Shown in pieces: positions 9,576-19,099 of a stretch of 64,000 nt of DNA (within the stretch, counting starts at the first letter, position 1; the number at the start of each line of letters is the position of its first letter). The position numbers were made by a program, and so were the translations under genes. Below the pieces are notes generated by a model, which ran no database searches, was not told the DNA's origin, and saw only the letters and a list, made by a program, of their open reading frames with translations. The stretch lies in IMG/VR virus record IMGVR_UViG_3300045974_000132, positions 124,001 to 188,000 of that record. One strand, written 5' to 3'.

Positions 9576-10631
9576 ATGAAATTAGCGGATTTTAAACAAA
9601 ACCTAACTTTAATCAACCGAGAGCAAGTAGCTAATTTTCGTGAGCTATTTCCTTCTAAGTTTACAGAATTACTAAACAAACAAAATGAAGGAAGGGCCAG
9701 GAAAGAGGGTAGATTAAAAGCTCAGATTTTACATGATTTCTTATTCAAAAAACCAAAATGTTCTTGTGGAAAACAAACAAACTGGATGCCTGAAGGCAAA
9801 TATGCAAAGTTTTGTTCGCGTGAATGTGCAGATGGTTCACAAGAAACCGTAGATAAAAGAAGGGCTACTTCTAAGGAAAGATTTGGTGGTGAACCAAATC
9901 TGCATCCTACTATACAAAAGAAAAAGAAGAAGGTATTCCTTGAGAAATACGGTGTAGACAATCCTTCAAAATCAGAAAAGATCAAACGCAAAAAGCGTAA
10001 AACGTCCTTAAGTAATTTTGGAGTAACGCATTGGACTAAAACAGAAGAAGGTCGGCAGTTTATGTCTGAAGAAAATCCGATGTATCTTGCAGCTTCGCTT
10101 GAAACCTTAAAGAAGACGAATCTAAGTAAATACGGTTGCGAGTTTGCTTCTCAGCATAGATCCGTAAAAGCTAAAATGAGAAGGACTAGCTTAAAGCGAT
10201 ACGGTGTTCCTAACGCAGGCGTACTACCGAAATTTCATAGAAAAATATGCTCCGATAGATTTGGTACAACGCATACAGTTCAGGGCTATGAACCCAGAGC
10301 CATTGAATGGCTGTCTAATAGGAAAACCGTTGTAAGCATAAGTTCTTCCAGAAATAGCATACCGGTAATATACTATAAAAGCAATCGTAGCTACTATACT
10401 GACCTAGTCGTTAGTATGAAGTCTGGGTTAAAAAGAATAATAGAAGTAAAGGGCTCCTATCCTCTTAGGTGCTGCTTTGAAACAAACGTTCAGAAATTTA
10501 AAGCTGCTTCAAAGTATGCTAAATCTATAGAGCAGGAGTTTTGGCTGTTCTACTATACAGACAGAGGGCGACTTATAAAGGTTCGGTCGCCCTCAAGAAA
10601 AGACTTAACAAGGCTGCTATCGAGTCTGTAA
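9576..10631 (+). CDS. free-standing putative homing endonuclease (KYG repeats + C-terminal PD-(D/E)xK domain)
   Basis: CxC...CSxxC zinc motif, repeated KYGVxNP-type motifs, C-terminal QGYE...YYTD...IIEVKG; AT-rich; only plus-strand gene; AAGGAG SD and upstream CTAATTTA. Confidence 0.8.
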   Translation: MKLADFKQNLTLINREQVANFRELFPSKFTELLNKQNEGRARKEGRLKAQILHDFLFKKPKCSCGKQTNWMPEGKYAKFCSRECADGSQETVDKRRATSKERFGGEPNLHPTIQKKKKKVFLEKYGVDNPSKSEKIKRKKRKTSLSNFGVTHWTKTEEGRQFMSEENPMYLAASLETLKKTNLSKYGCEFASQHRSVKAKMRRTSLKRYGVPNAGVLPKFHRKICSDRFGTTHTVQGYEPRAIEWLSNRKTVVSISSSRNSIPVIYYKSNRSYYTDLVVSMKSGLKRIIEVKGSYPLRCCFETNVQKFKAASKYAKSIEQEFWLFYYTDRGRLIKVRSPSRKDLTRLLSSL

Positions 10632-12245
10632 CTCTATGCCTTCTTTAAGGTCCTGTGCTTCTGTATAAATACCATCTATCTGCAACCAAGGATGGTCTAT
10701 AGTACATATCCAAGTAGTCCCGTCAGACAGTTCTACTTCAATCAATTCGTCAACCCATTTAGTGAGTCGAGGTTCATCAAAAATGACCTCGACTTCTTTT
10801 TTGGTCTTTAAATTGAAAGCGAAGCCTTTAAACTGTTCTCCAGCTTCCGTACGCTTTGCCATTTCTTCAAAAAGTATAGTAGAGCCGTCAGAAAGAAGAA
10901 CTGGTGTATTTCCAATGAAACAGCCCGCAGCAGAGTCACCTTCAACTAGATACAGCTCACGGGCAGCCACAGGGCATTTCGGAGCAGCAACTAGAGAAGA
11001 AGGAAGCGAAGATTTAGCACGTCCCTTAGCATCAGCAATTGCTGACAACGTTTTCTTGAAAGCTTCCTTTGATACCTTAACAGCCATCGCACGTTTGACA
11101 ATAGCCCGTGCAAGAGGTTTGTTCTTGTCGAAGAATAGTTTCAACTGAGGAAGTAGCAAAGCTTCAACCTGCTTTGACACATTGGAAGTCAGTCGATCCT
11201 TTGTCTGACCGCTGTACTCAGCATGGTGCATCTTCCAGTCAAGAATACCTACAAGTCCCGAGTACGCATCTTTCGGAGCAAACTTCTGGGTCTTCTTCTT
11301 GAAAGGAGCAAGTGCAGCATTCAAAGAATTGCGGAAGCCAAGTTCATGCTCACCGTCATCCCGAGTACGTCCAGAACAGACATAGGTTTCAAGCGCATCA
11401 TCGTCAGAGTAGGTCGACCATTGCAGAGCAACAGACATATCATCATGGATGAAAGAGAACATACGACCTGTTGCAGTTACATCCCGTTCGGCCAACCGTT
11501 GCTTGATAATAGATTCAAGACCGCCCTTATTCAAGAAGGTCTTAGACTTTCCATTAGCACTAAACGTTACTTCCAACCCCGGATTGAGATTAGCAAACGA
11601 CTTCATCCAAGCAGCCGTATAACCAAGATCGAGAGTTGCTTTCGTCTTACCCTTGTCAGTCGATACGATTGTTTGATCTGTTGACCAAAGAACGATTGTC
11701 CCCGATACAGGCTTGTAAGGCATGATCTTAGTAACGCGCACAGGAGGCTTCTCTTTGAGCAACTCTGTTACAGGTTTGCCCTTAGAGAACTTCTGATAGT
11801 GCCAAGCTTTGTCCCGAAACGTCCATACTTCAAAAGAAGAGGATACAGCATTAACACCTGCTGCTCCTACTCCGTGAACACCGCGCGACTTCTTGTAAGC
11901 ACTGTCATTGAACTTACCACCTGTGTGCAGTTCAGTAAAGATCAATGTCAGGGTTGATGCTTTCTTGCTTCTAGGATTCTCGGGATCAACGACCTTTAGG
12001 CCAACAGGGATACCTTGAGCTTTGTCTGCTACAAGATAAACGTTGGCCTTATTGTCAGCATAGACGAAGATGGACTTATTACGACCAGCCATAAATTCGT
12101 CAGCAGAGTTGTCGAAGATTTCCTTGACGCATTGAAATACCATTGAACGACCGCGCTCACCTAGGTACATCCCAGGGTTTTCACGCACATTATCTGGAAA
12201 CTTTAATCTAACAATATTTGCTTCACTGTATGAAGACCTTGCCAT
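10617..12245 (-). CDS. gyrB: GyrB/ParE N-terminal half (GHKL ATPase, transducer) fused to split-intein N fragment (IntN, 101 aa, 10617-10922)
   Basis: VRENPGMYLG, EIFDNSADE, GIP, LHTGGKF, GVHGVG; TOPRIM VEGDSAAG followed by intein block A CFIGNTPV and block B TIDHPW, then a stop. Confidence 0.93.
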   Translation of the reverse strand: MARSSYSEANIVRLKFPDNVRENPGMYLGERGRSMVFQCVKEIFDNSADEFMAGRNKSIFVYADNKANVYLVADKAQGIPVGLKVVDPENPRSKKASTLTLIFTELHTGGKFNDSAYKKSRGVHGVGAAGVNAVSSSFEVWTFRDKAWHYQKFSKGKPVTELLKEKPPVRVTKIMPYKPVSGTIVLWSTDQTIVSTDKGKTKATLDLGYTAAWMKSFANLNPGLEVTFSANGKSKTFLNKGGLESIIKQRLAERDVTATGRMFSFIHDDMSVALQWSTYSDDDALETYVCSGRTRDDGEHELGFRNSLNAALAPFKKKTQKFAPKDAYSGLVGILDWKMHHAEYSGQTKDRLTSNVSKQVEALLLPQLKLFFDKNKPLARAIVKRAMAVKVSKEAFKKTLSAIADAKGRAKSSLPSSLVAAPKCPVAARELYLVEGDSAAGCFIGNTPVLLSDGSTILFEEMAKRTEAGEQFKGFAFNLKTKKEVEVIFDEPRLTKWVDELIEVELSDGTTWICTIDHPWLQIDGIYTEAQDLKEGIELQTR

Positions 12246-13092
12246 GTTTTTTCTCGAAGTGTTTTATTTTCAAAAGGAGTTCTTCTAAAGACAGATGACT
12301 TGTACTATTTTTCTTCATATTAGTTGTACAAGGCATTAGTTTTAGATTCGCGGGATGGCATATAATGTGCAAGGGTACTATGGGTGACCGCTTCACATAT
12401 CTATTCTTTGCTTGTGAATAAATATTCCAACCGTCAAACAAACTTAACTGATGGTCAACATGGTGATCATAAGACCTTAAACTTTTAGTGTCAATAAGGT
12501 CGCCCCACACGACTAAGACGCTCTCAGTAACTTTTCGTACCGCATATTTGTAAGAAGACTGTGTAGTAAAAGTCTTCCTAAAAGCATTGCGTAAACTTTC
12601 TTGATTTCTTTTTACACAATTAGCAGTGCCTAATTCCAAGGAACGCTGAAATGCTAAGTTGACACGCTCTGAGGTAGACCTTAAAGCAATGCCCTCTTCT
12701 TGCAATACATTCTTAACATGTAGAGGGTCCCGTAAAGCCACGCATTCTGTAATTTCCTGAATACTAGCACTATCCTTAACGTACATTCTTATTATTTTTT
12801 GCCTATTTTTCTGTACAATTTGTTTATGATGCTTTATGAGGTCGGCTTTACCTTTAGATACGCCTTCTTCATTAACAATAGCTTGTACAGTAGACATAGA
12901 CAAACCTACTTCCTCTGATATATCTCGGAAGGTCTGATTTTTGTATAAACGTACTACTTTCTTTTTTAAGCGATCTGGGATTATTAAAGCCCACTTACCG
13001 TTTTTGGATTTAGTGTAACTATATCCATTTTTCCATTTAACCGTATCCCCTACGTTTCCGGGATAGGTTCTAGGTATAACATTTTGTAGCAT
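12223..13092 (-). CDS. putative homing endonuclease (HTH + HNH-like)
   Basis: HTH (TFRDISEEVGLSMSTVQAIV) and C-terminal HVDHQ...HPANLKLM...NMKK; AT-rich; overlaps the gyrB start. Confidence 0.7.
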   Translation of the reverse strand: MLQNVIPRTYPGNVGDTVKWKNGYSYTKSKNGKWALIIPDRLKKKVVRLYKNQTFRDISEEVGLSMSTVQAIVNEEGVSKGKADLIKHHKQIVQKNRQKIIRMYVKDSASIQEITECVALRDPLHVKNVLQEEGIALRSTSERVNLAFQRSLELGTANCVKRNQESLRNAFRKTFTTQSSYKYAVRKVTESVLVVWGDLIDTKSLRSYDHHVDHQLSLFDGWNIYSQAKNRYVKRSPIVPLHIICHPANLKLMPCTTNMKKNSTSHLSLEELLLKIKHFEKKHGKVFIQ

Positions 13093-13099
13093 AGTAGAC

Positions 13100-13139
13100 T
13101 CCTAGATACATACACATCTAAATTAGTATGTATCTAGGA
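13100..13139 (-). promoter_or_regulatory. SD-sequestering hairpin containing the CTAATTTA promoter motif
   Basis: 14 bp inverted repeat TCCTAGATACATAC/GTATGTATCTAGGA covering AGGA of the AGGAG SD of the HNH gene; motif at 13119-13126. Confidence 0.75.
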
Positions 13140-13165
13140 CTTCAGTTTATTGTGTATCTTTACAG

Positions 13166-13600
13166 TTATTTGAGAAAGCGCAATTGGTATAAAGTCCCGC
13201 AGATCAGTTCTGAAATCTCAGCAACAATGTTCTGGAGAGCCGGTTGCTCAATACTAGGATATACCGCAGCCGTAAGGGACTTAAGGCTTTCAAAGTAATT
13301 CAGTAGGAAGTCATTGGCCAATTCATTTGACGGTGGGAAGGTAAAATTGAAACTACCGTATTGTAGAATCTCCCCGTAGCAACCTTGTGCGGTTTCAACC
13401 AGACGATCTACTAGATCAACAATACCGTCGTAGTACGCATTCAAAGCCTTGTGCGCTTCATACGCGCCCGGGCCAGTGACACTAAGATGTGCCAGATGTG
13501 CCCAAGTACGACTGTGCATTAGTGACATAACATAGTCACTACCTGCACAGCTAAGAGATTCTTCCTTACGAATAAAGATTTGAGCCATTTGTTTCTCCAA
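13166..13600 (-). CDS. ferritin/Dps-like four-helix protein (phage DUF5856-like)
   Basis: HLAHL...YEAHKALNAYYD...DRLVETAQGCYG...LQNIVAEI...LYQLRFL pattern. Confidence 0.75.
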   Translation of the reverse strand: MEKQMAQIFIRKEESLSCAGSDYVMSLMHSRTWAHLAHLSVTGPGAYEAHKALNAYYDGIVDLVDRLVETAQGCYGEILQYGSFNFTFPPSNELANDFLLNYFESLKSLTAAVYPSIEQPALQNIVAEISELICGTLYQLRFLK

Positions 13601-14908
13601 TTACATAATGATTATGCCCGTTGTTGGGCGAGTCCCGCAGACATACAAGCACCGCAAAGCTTCCAGCTTATCTCGATTGCTCATAATGTCGCCCATGTCA
13701 ATAAACACATTTCTAAATGTGCTACCTTGACCCCGGTGGGCTGTTAAACCATAGCTATGACGTATCTTATGGAAGTTGTTTTTCAACGCCCAGAAGAATT
13801 TCCATTTAGTACGATCTTGCTTTGCAACACCTGCAAGTTCATTCAATTGCTTGGCTAGATCAGAAGCACTACTCTCATGGATTACACTTACTTCCAATTC
13901 GCCTTCATTGTCATCTAGCTGGATCACAATGTTGTAGCACTTTAGGTCTTTGTAGTAGGTGTTATGTGTAACGACAACAGACTTGATACTACCTTCGTCG
14001 TCGATGTTTGCTTTAATACCCTTGTCACCTGTAACAGGTTCTGCAACCATTACACGATCACCTACAATCCAAGGTTCATTGTACGCATGGCGTCCAAACG
14101 TATGGCCTCGAATCGTATCATTCAATTGATTGACAGTTGCATTACGCCAAGCTAATGCTTTAGTGTGGTCAATCTCATTGAATAATCCCTGCTTACTTGC
14201 TTTTTCCAGATAGTGAAGGAAGTCACGTTGTTTAACTCGCCAGACACCTTCTTTGTACTTATGCCTACTACGAATGTCAAGCTGCCAGTCAGGATAGTGG
14301 ATAATCTGCTCCCGTATGTTCGTAGCAAGATTCAGAATCTGGTTGTCGTAACGAACAACTTCTGTCAGTTCAACGCTGGGCATCTTGCGCTTCCAAATAA
14401 GTGATTCATCTTCACCTATAGGATTCAACTGAGCGCGGTCGGCCGAATAAACCCATTTTACTTGTGGGTATAGTTTGGAGATATACTCAATGTACGTCAC
14501 CATATCTACGCACAACATACTACCTTCGTCGATATAAACAATATCCCATCTATTCATATCAACTGGCTTGTGCGGAAACTCAAGCACTAAGCGATCTTCA
14601 TCTGCTACCATCCTAACGCCTAGGACAGAGTAAATGGTCTTACAAGAACCGTTCGGTACCTTCTTAGAAAATACCTTTGTTGCTTTGTTAGTTGGGGCGC
14701 TATTGATCTGAGCTTTGTAGCTGTACTTCTCATTGACACAACCGAGTAAGTACGTCTTGCCAGTTCCAGCATAGCCTGCAAGTCTAAAGAAGCGTTGAGT
14801 AGGATGCTCTAGGAAAGCAGCAATCTTTGTGAAGGCTTCTCTTTGCGGTTGTATTAGTGTATTGAAGTCCAAAGCCGACACCCTAAATAGTAAAAGGTAG
14901 CAATTCAA
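13601..14908 (-). CDS. dda: Dda/RecD-like SF1B DNA helicase
   Basis: GYAGTGKT, APTNKA, IDEGSM, DRAQLNPI, TAHRGQGSTF, LYVCGTR. Confidence 0.9.
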   Translation of the reverse strand: MNCYLLLFRVSALDFNTLIQPQREAFTKIAAFLEHPTQRFFRLAGYAGTGKTYLLGCVNEKYSYKAQINSAPTNKATKVFSKKVPNGSCKTIYSVLGVRMVADEDRLVLEFPHKPVDMNRWDIVYIDEGSMLCVDMVTYIEYISKLYPQVKWVYSADRAQLNPIGEDESLIWKRKMPSVELTEVVRYDNQILNLATNIREQIIHYPDWQLDIRSRHKYKEGVWRVKQRDFLHYLEKASKQGLFNEIDHTKALAWRNATVNQLNDTIRGHTFGRHAYNEPWIVGDRVMVAEPVTGDKGIKANIDDEGSIKSVVVTHNTYYKDLKCYNIVIQLDDNEGELEVSVIHESSASDLAKQLNELAGVAKQDRTKWKFFWALKNNFHKIRHSYGLTAHRGQGSTFRNVFIDMGDIMSNRDKLEALRCLYVCGTRPTTGIIIM

Positions 14909-14930
14909 AAGAAAAGCTACCTTTTATTCA

Positions 14931-15710
14931 TTACTTGTATATTGATACCAAGTTGGAGAACCTATCTTTGTTACTCTTTACAATTTTGTCAAATTCATCA
15001 AAGGGAACTAAGATGTTGGCACACTCAGTTTTATCCAAGTAGCAGTGTATGTATTTTAGAATCTCACCATACATGCCCGGATCACCGTTGATAGCTTCTG
15101 CAAAACTAGAAGGGAGGCCCCATTCCTTCATCAAAGAAACTGATATAAGGGAAGCTATCTCTTCAGAAACCTTAGCATACTCTACAATAGGCGTAGAGGT
15201 TTGCTCGAAGTAATCAATGATCGGAAGGCAACCTATGCTGTGCAAGATACCAATAATCATTGCAACGTTCGGATCATAACGACGATCCTCAAGATGGGCT
15301 GTAAGCAAGTGAGACAGAGCACCTACTTCTACACTATGATGCCATGTCTCTTCGAGCAACACCTTAAGATCAAAGTTCTTAGACCTGAACATATCCCTAA
15401 TTGCGATGCTGATAGCCAAGTTCTTTACCAACACAATACCTAGAATCGACAAAGCTGTATATAGCGATGTGATGGGCTTGATGGGCTTAAGAGCGGGGCT
15501 ATTTACCACCTGAAGTAATCGAGCAGCTAAGGTTTGATGCGATTCAATAGCGGCTGAAATATCTACCAAGCCCTTAGTGTCGTCATTCATCAAAGCATTG
15601 ATCTTCAAAACTACTTCAGGTGAAGCAGGTAGCCTCAAACTCTTTGCAGAAAGGCGCTCAATAATGTCTTGAGATAATACACTTATTCCATCACTGGGCA
15701 GAGGGGACAT
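14931..15710 (-). CDS. HDOD domain protein
   Basis: LPASPEV...LAARLLQVVNSP...ALSILG...WHHSVEV...GILHSIG...WGLP. Confidence 0.88.
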   Translation of the reverse strand: MSPLPSDGISVLSQDIIERLSAKSLRLPASPEVVLKINALMNDDTKGLVDISAAIESHQTLAARLLQVVNSPALKPIKPITSLYTALSILGIVLVKNLAISIAIRDMFRSKNFDLKVLLEETWHHSVEVGALSHLLTAHLEDRRYDPNVAMIIGILHSIGCLPIIDYFEQTSTPIVEYAKVSEEIASLISVSLMKEWGLPSSFAEAINGDPGMYGEILKYIHCYLDKTECANILVPFDEFDKIVKSNKDRFSNLVSIYK

Positions 15711-17178
15711 CGTCAGGTACTCCCAAAAATTCATACAGTTGAGTTAGAGGTAGAGGCTTAGATATGTAGTAGCCTTGAACTAGGTCGCACTTTAAAGCGC
15801 GTAGAGCATCCTCTGTTTTTTGATCTTCTACACCTTCTGCACACACTGTACAACCTACGCTATGTGCCAACTGAATGATAGAACTTATGATATTGTAGTC
15901 CTGCTTATTCTCAAGCATCAAGGCTACGAAGGACTGGTCAATCTTAATTTCCTTAACAGGCAGACTCTTTAGATACACAAGAGAAGACTGACCAATACCA
16001 AAGTCATCAATCGAGATTGACAAGCCTAGCATGTCTAAACAAAGGAGAATCTTGATGAATTCCTCACTACCTTGATTCAGGGAAGTTTCAGTTACTTCCA
16101 ATATCAAGTTTTGTGGATCAATCGTATGTGTAGCAAGCTCTTTTGATATATGGAGTATCAAGTCACCCTGTGCTAAACTATACGGTGAGATATTGACAGA
16201 CACATTGGTAAGTACGCCTAACTCACTCAACTTAACAAAGTCGTCTAGTGCTTGATGCACAACCCAGTTTGTTAAGGTCTTAATCAGGCCAGTATGCTCG
16301 GCAATAGGTATAAACTTACTAGGAGGTATTTCACCTAGTAGAGCATGCGTCCATCTAGCTAAAGCTTCGATACCTACAATCTTACCAGTCGTAAGACTCT
16401 TCTTAGGTTGATAGTGCAGTTTGAGTTCACCTGCTTCAACTGCTTGCCTTAGATCAGCCCGCAGAGTAAGAGACTCGATTGAACTCACGTCCTGGTCCTT
16501 ATCATAGATAAAGAATCCTAGACGGCCATTCTTCGCCGTGTACATTGCAACGTCTGCACACTTAACTAGATCAACGGCTGTAACACCGTGTGCTGGGTAT
16601 AAAGCGATACCCAAGCTTGCACCTACTTCCGAGATACTCTCATTGAGTTTAAACGGAGCATCAAAAGAATGCAGCAATCGGTTGGCAATAGAGGAGAGAT
16701 TTACATCACTCTCAAAATTGGTAAAGATGAAGGCGAATTCATCACCGCCTATACGAGCTAGGTAGTCATGATTACGTAAACCTTTTGACAAACGATGGGC
16801 AACTTGCTTTAGGAGTTCATCTCCTACTAAGTGCCCCATTGTGTCATTCACGATTTTAAACTTATTCAGATCCAACAACATCACAGCTATTGTTTTATTT
16901 TCAGGAGAAGCTAATATCTTTTGTAGGATGTCATTGTATGAAGATCGGTTTAGCAAGCCTGTTAAAGGATCGTGCCTTGCTTTATACTCTAATACCTTAG
17001 TTTTCTTATATAGTTTTTTAAGGTAGAGGCCAAATAATACGGTAACGATTAAACTTGATACAGCTACAGCTATAGCAAGCTGCCTATCACCTACGGCTAA
17101 AGCGGCACTTGAAACTATTACGTTTAGTACCACAGAGCCTATAGGTAGGACTTTTCTGTATATATCTTCGGAAAGCAT
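15691..17178 (-). CDS. membrane-anchored GGDEF-EAL diguanylate cyclase/phosphodiesterase
   Basis: Two N-terminal TM helices, HDPLTGLLNR, DLNKFKIVND, RxxD I-site, GGDEF, EALARW, EVTE, DDFG, KID, EGVE, QGY. Confidence 0.95.
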   Translation of the reverse strand: MLSEDIYRKVLPIGSVVLNVIVSSAALAVGDRQLAIAVAVSSLIVTVLFGLYLKKLYKKTKVLEYKARHDPLTGLLNRSSYNDILQKILASPENKTIAVMLLDLNKFKIVNDTMGHLVGDELLKQVAHRLSKGLRNHDYLARIGGDEFAFIFTNFESDVNLSSIANRLLHSFDAPFKLNESISEVGASLGIALYPAHGVTAVDLVKCADVAMYTAKNGRLGFFIYDKDQDVSSIESLTLRADLRQAVEAGELKLHYQPKKSLTTGKIVGIEALARWTHALLGEIPPSKFIPIAEHTGLIKTLTNWVVHQALDDFVKLSELGVLTNVSVNISPYSLAQGDLILHISKELATHTIDPQNLILEVTETSLNQGSEEFIKILLCLDMLGLSISIDDFGIGQSSLVYLKSLPVKEIKIDQSFVALMLENKQDYNIISSIIQLAHSVGCTVCAEGVEDQKTEDALRALKCDLVQGYYISKPLPLTQLYEFLGVPDDVPSAQ

Positions 17179-17259
17179 TGGATTACCTCAGTCGCTTATC
17201 AAGCGAAACTTGACATGCGTATAAATTAGAAAGTAGCACAATGCAGAAATTCATTTGTG

Positions 17260-17670
17260 TTAATAGTGTATAGGATACGCTAAAGCATTTGCGTATTTAA
17301 GCAACGACTGCTTATACGCATCAGCATACCCCGGATTGTATTTTTGTTCTGCAGGTGAACAGGGCCCATACTGACCTTTTACTACTACGACTTCCCTAGA
17401 ATTAGCTTCATCTTTTAGGATGTGTGCCCACTCATGGGATTGGGTTTCACGACTGTAGTAAGCAAAGCTACAAATAACAATACCTGTGTTAGAAGTATAT
17501 GAATACCTAGTACCAAACAGGGTATCTTCATTTTCATAGTTCAGCATAGTACCGGCAACTAGCCGTGGCCCAGTCGGTAGACCTTTTGCATCACATATAC
17601 AAGCTTCCGTGTAATCTTCAAAAGGAGTTAAACATACGCAGCATTTGAATACGTTTGTAGGAATAGGCAT
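17260..17670 (-). CDS. hypothetical protein
   Basis: 136 aa ORF. Confidence 0.55.
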   Translation of the reverse strand: MPIPTNVFKCCVCLTPFEDYTEACICDAKGLPTGPRLVAGTMLNYENEDTLFGTRYSYTSNTGIVICSFAYYSRETQSHEWAHILKDEANSREVVVVKGQYGPCSPAEQKYNPGYADAYKQSLLKYANALAYPIHY

Positions 17671-17697
17671 TATATTATCTCGTATAGGTAGATTGTA

Positions 17698-18276
17698 TTA
17701 CCAACGGCCGCCTAGGAGTTTTAAGTTCTCAACTAGCACAGCAGGTACTTGAGGCTTAAACGCTTCAAGCTCTAAATCAAAATCCGCTTTTTCAATGTAG
17801 GTAATTTGTTGAATCTTAGAAGTCAACAAAGCAATAGGGTCGACTTGATTAGTCCCTGTCGGAGGGTAGGCATATGTAGCATACGGTTTATTTATAATCA
17901 GCAAACCCACAAAATAAGCTAGGCTTGTTTCTGTTGTGTATATGCTACCGCGCGTGATAAACGGTTGAACTTTTTGAGGGATGTCTTGCCCAAACATTAG
18001 GGAATAGAATATCTCAATACATACCCTATTCAAAGAGTTCTCGACCTTAACAAAACTCGGACTTCGCCAAAAGCCCGGTACATCTTTCAACAGAATCAAG
18101 TTGTCTGTCGGGGAGTTTAGCATATAGTGCTCCAGTTTGATGGGAAGGTATATTGGTAGCCCATTACTACCTAGAGGAGGCCTTAAACGTGCACCGAGCA
18201 GACCTACCCTACTCACGGTTAAGACGGGATAATTATCACCGGTCAGATATACCAGCCATACGGATCTATCCCACAT
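17698..18276 (-). CDS. hypothetical protein (true start may be downstream)
   Basis: ORF; no motif recognised. Confidence 0.5.
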   Translation of the reverse strand: MWDRSVWLVYLTGDNYPVLTVSRVGLLGARLRPPLGSNGLPIYLPIKLEHYMLNSPTDNLILLKDVPGFWRSPSFVKVENSLNRVCIEIFYSLMFGQDIPQKVQPFITRGSIYTTETSLAYFVGLLIINKPYATYAYPPTGTNQVDPIALLTSKIQQITYIEKADFDLELEAFKPQVPAVLVENLKLLGGRW

Positions 18277-18500
18277 GATGTGAAACGTAGGGTATATTCA
18301 GTTCTTTTAAATTACTATGCAGCCTACTTCTTCGACAAACTTAATGTCTTCCAGTCGGTAGACCGTAGGCTCTATAAAACTAGTCCTACGGAACTCTGCG
18401 TTGTGCAGTCTGCCCATGATTATATGTACCGTTTTTTCCGTCTTATCAACTACCTTAACAAGTGTCAAAGCACTTGAGTAAGGAAGTAGCACATAATAAG

Positions 18501-18584
18501 CCTTATTTACGATAGGCTCTAAAGATGCTTGATTATCAGCCACCTTATTTACGATAGGCTCTAAAGATGCTTGATTATCAGCCA
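18501..18584. repeat. perfect 42 bp tandem duplication
   Basis: CCTTATTTACGATAGGCTCTAAAGATGCTTGATTATCAGCCA twice, in frame within ORF 18307-18600. Confidence 0.95.
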
Positions 18585-19099
18585 CCTTTTTCATCCTCAA
18601 TAGGTTGTGCGTTCATCAGCAAGAAGTGAGGTTGATCGTCAATCCAGATGTGCGGTTTAATACCGAACTTCAACAGAAACGGTAGCTTTGCTTCACGCGC
18701 AGTAGGGACAATCCTATGTACAAGTTCGGTAAGTCTGTCACACATGTCATCTGTTTCTTCAAAGGTACGCATAGTTGCGATCAACACTTCATGTCCACGT
18801 GATTGTGCAAGTTTGATTACCTCAAGCCAGAAGTCAGGATCCCGCGTATAGGTGCCATCATAGTCTAGGGCAAGAGTTATGGGAGGTACTTTGGCCTTCG
18901 GTGCCGCCTTAGGCGCCTTAGCAGCTTGCCAAATTTCCCAAGCAAACTGTTTGGAGGACATTTTAGTATAGCGGCCGTTAGGGTACGTAGCACTATCAAA
19001 CAACGTATCGGCCGGATGCCAAGTAGCAATCTGGTCTCTACTATACTGAGTAACGTACCACGCTTCAAACTCCTGACGCAGAAGATCAAGATTCGACAT
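18578..19099 (-). CDS. HAD-superfamily phosphatase domain protein
   Basis: ALDYDGT motif I, IATMR motif II, Lys, WIDDQP motif IV. Confidence 0.75.
   Translation of the reverse strand: MSNLDLLRQEFEAWYVTQYSRDQIATWHPADTLFDSATYPNGRYTKMSSKQFAWEIWQAAKAPKAAPKAKVPPITLALDYDGTYTRDPDFWLEVIKLAQSRGHEVLIATMRTFEETDDMCDRLTELVHRIVPTAREAKLPFLLKFGIKPHIWIDDQPHFLLMNAQPIEDEKGG

Noticed and set aside
9524-10616. Self-splicing intron joining the gyrB halves
   Set aside because: The ORF is antisense, there is no room for a ribozyme core, and both halves have intein termini and their own stop/start signals
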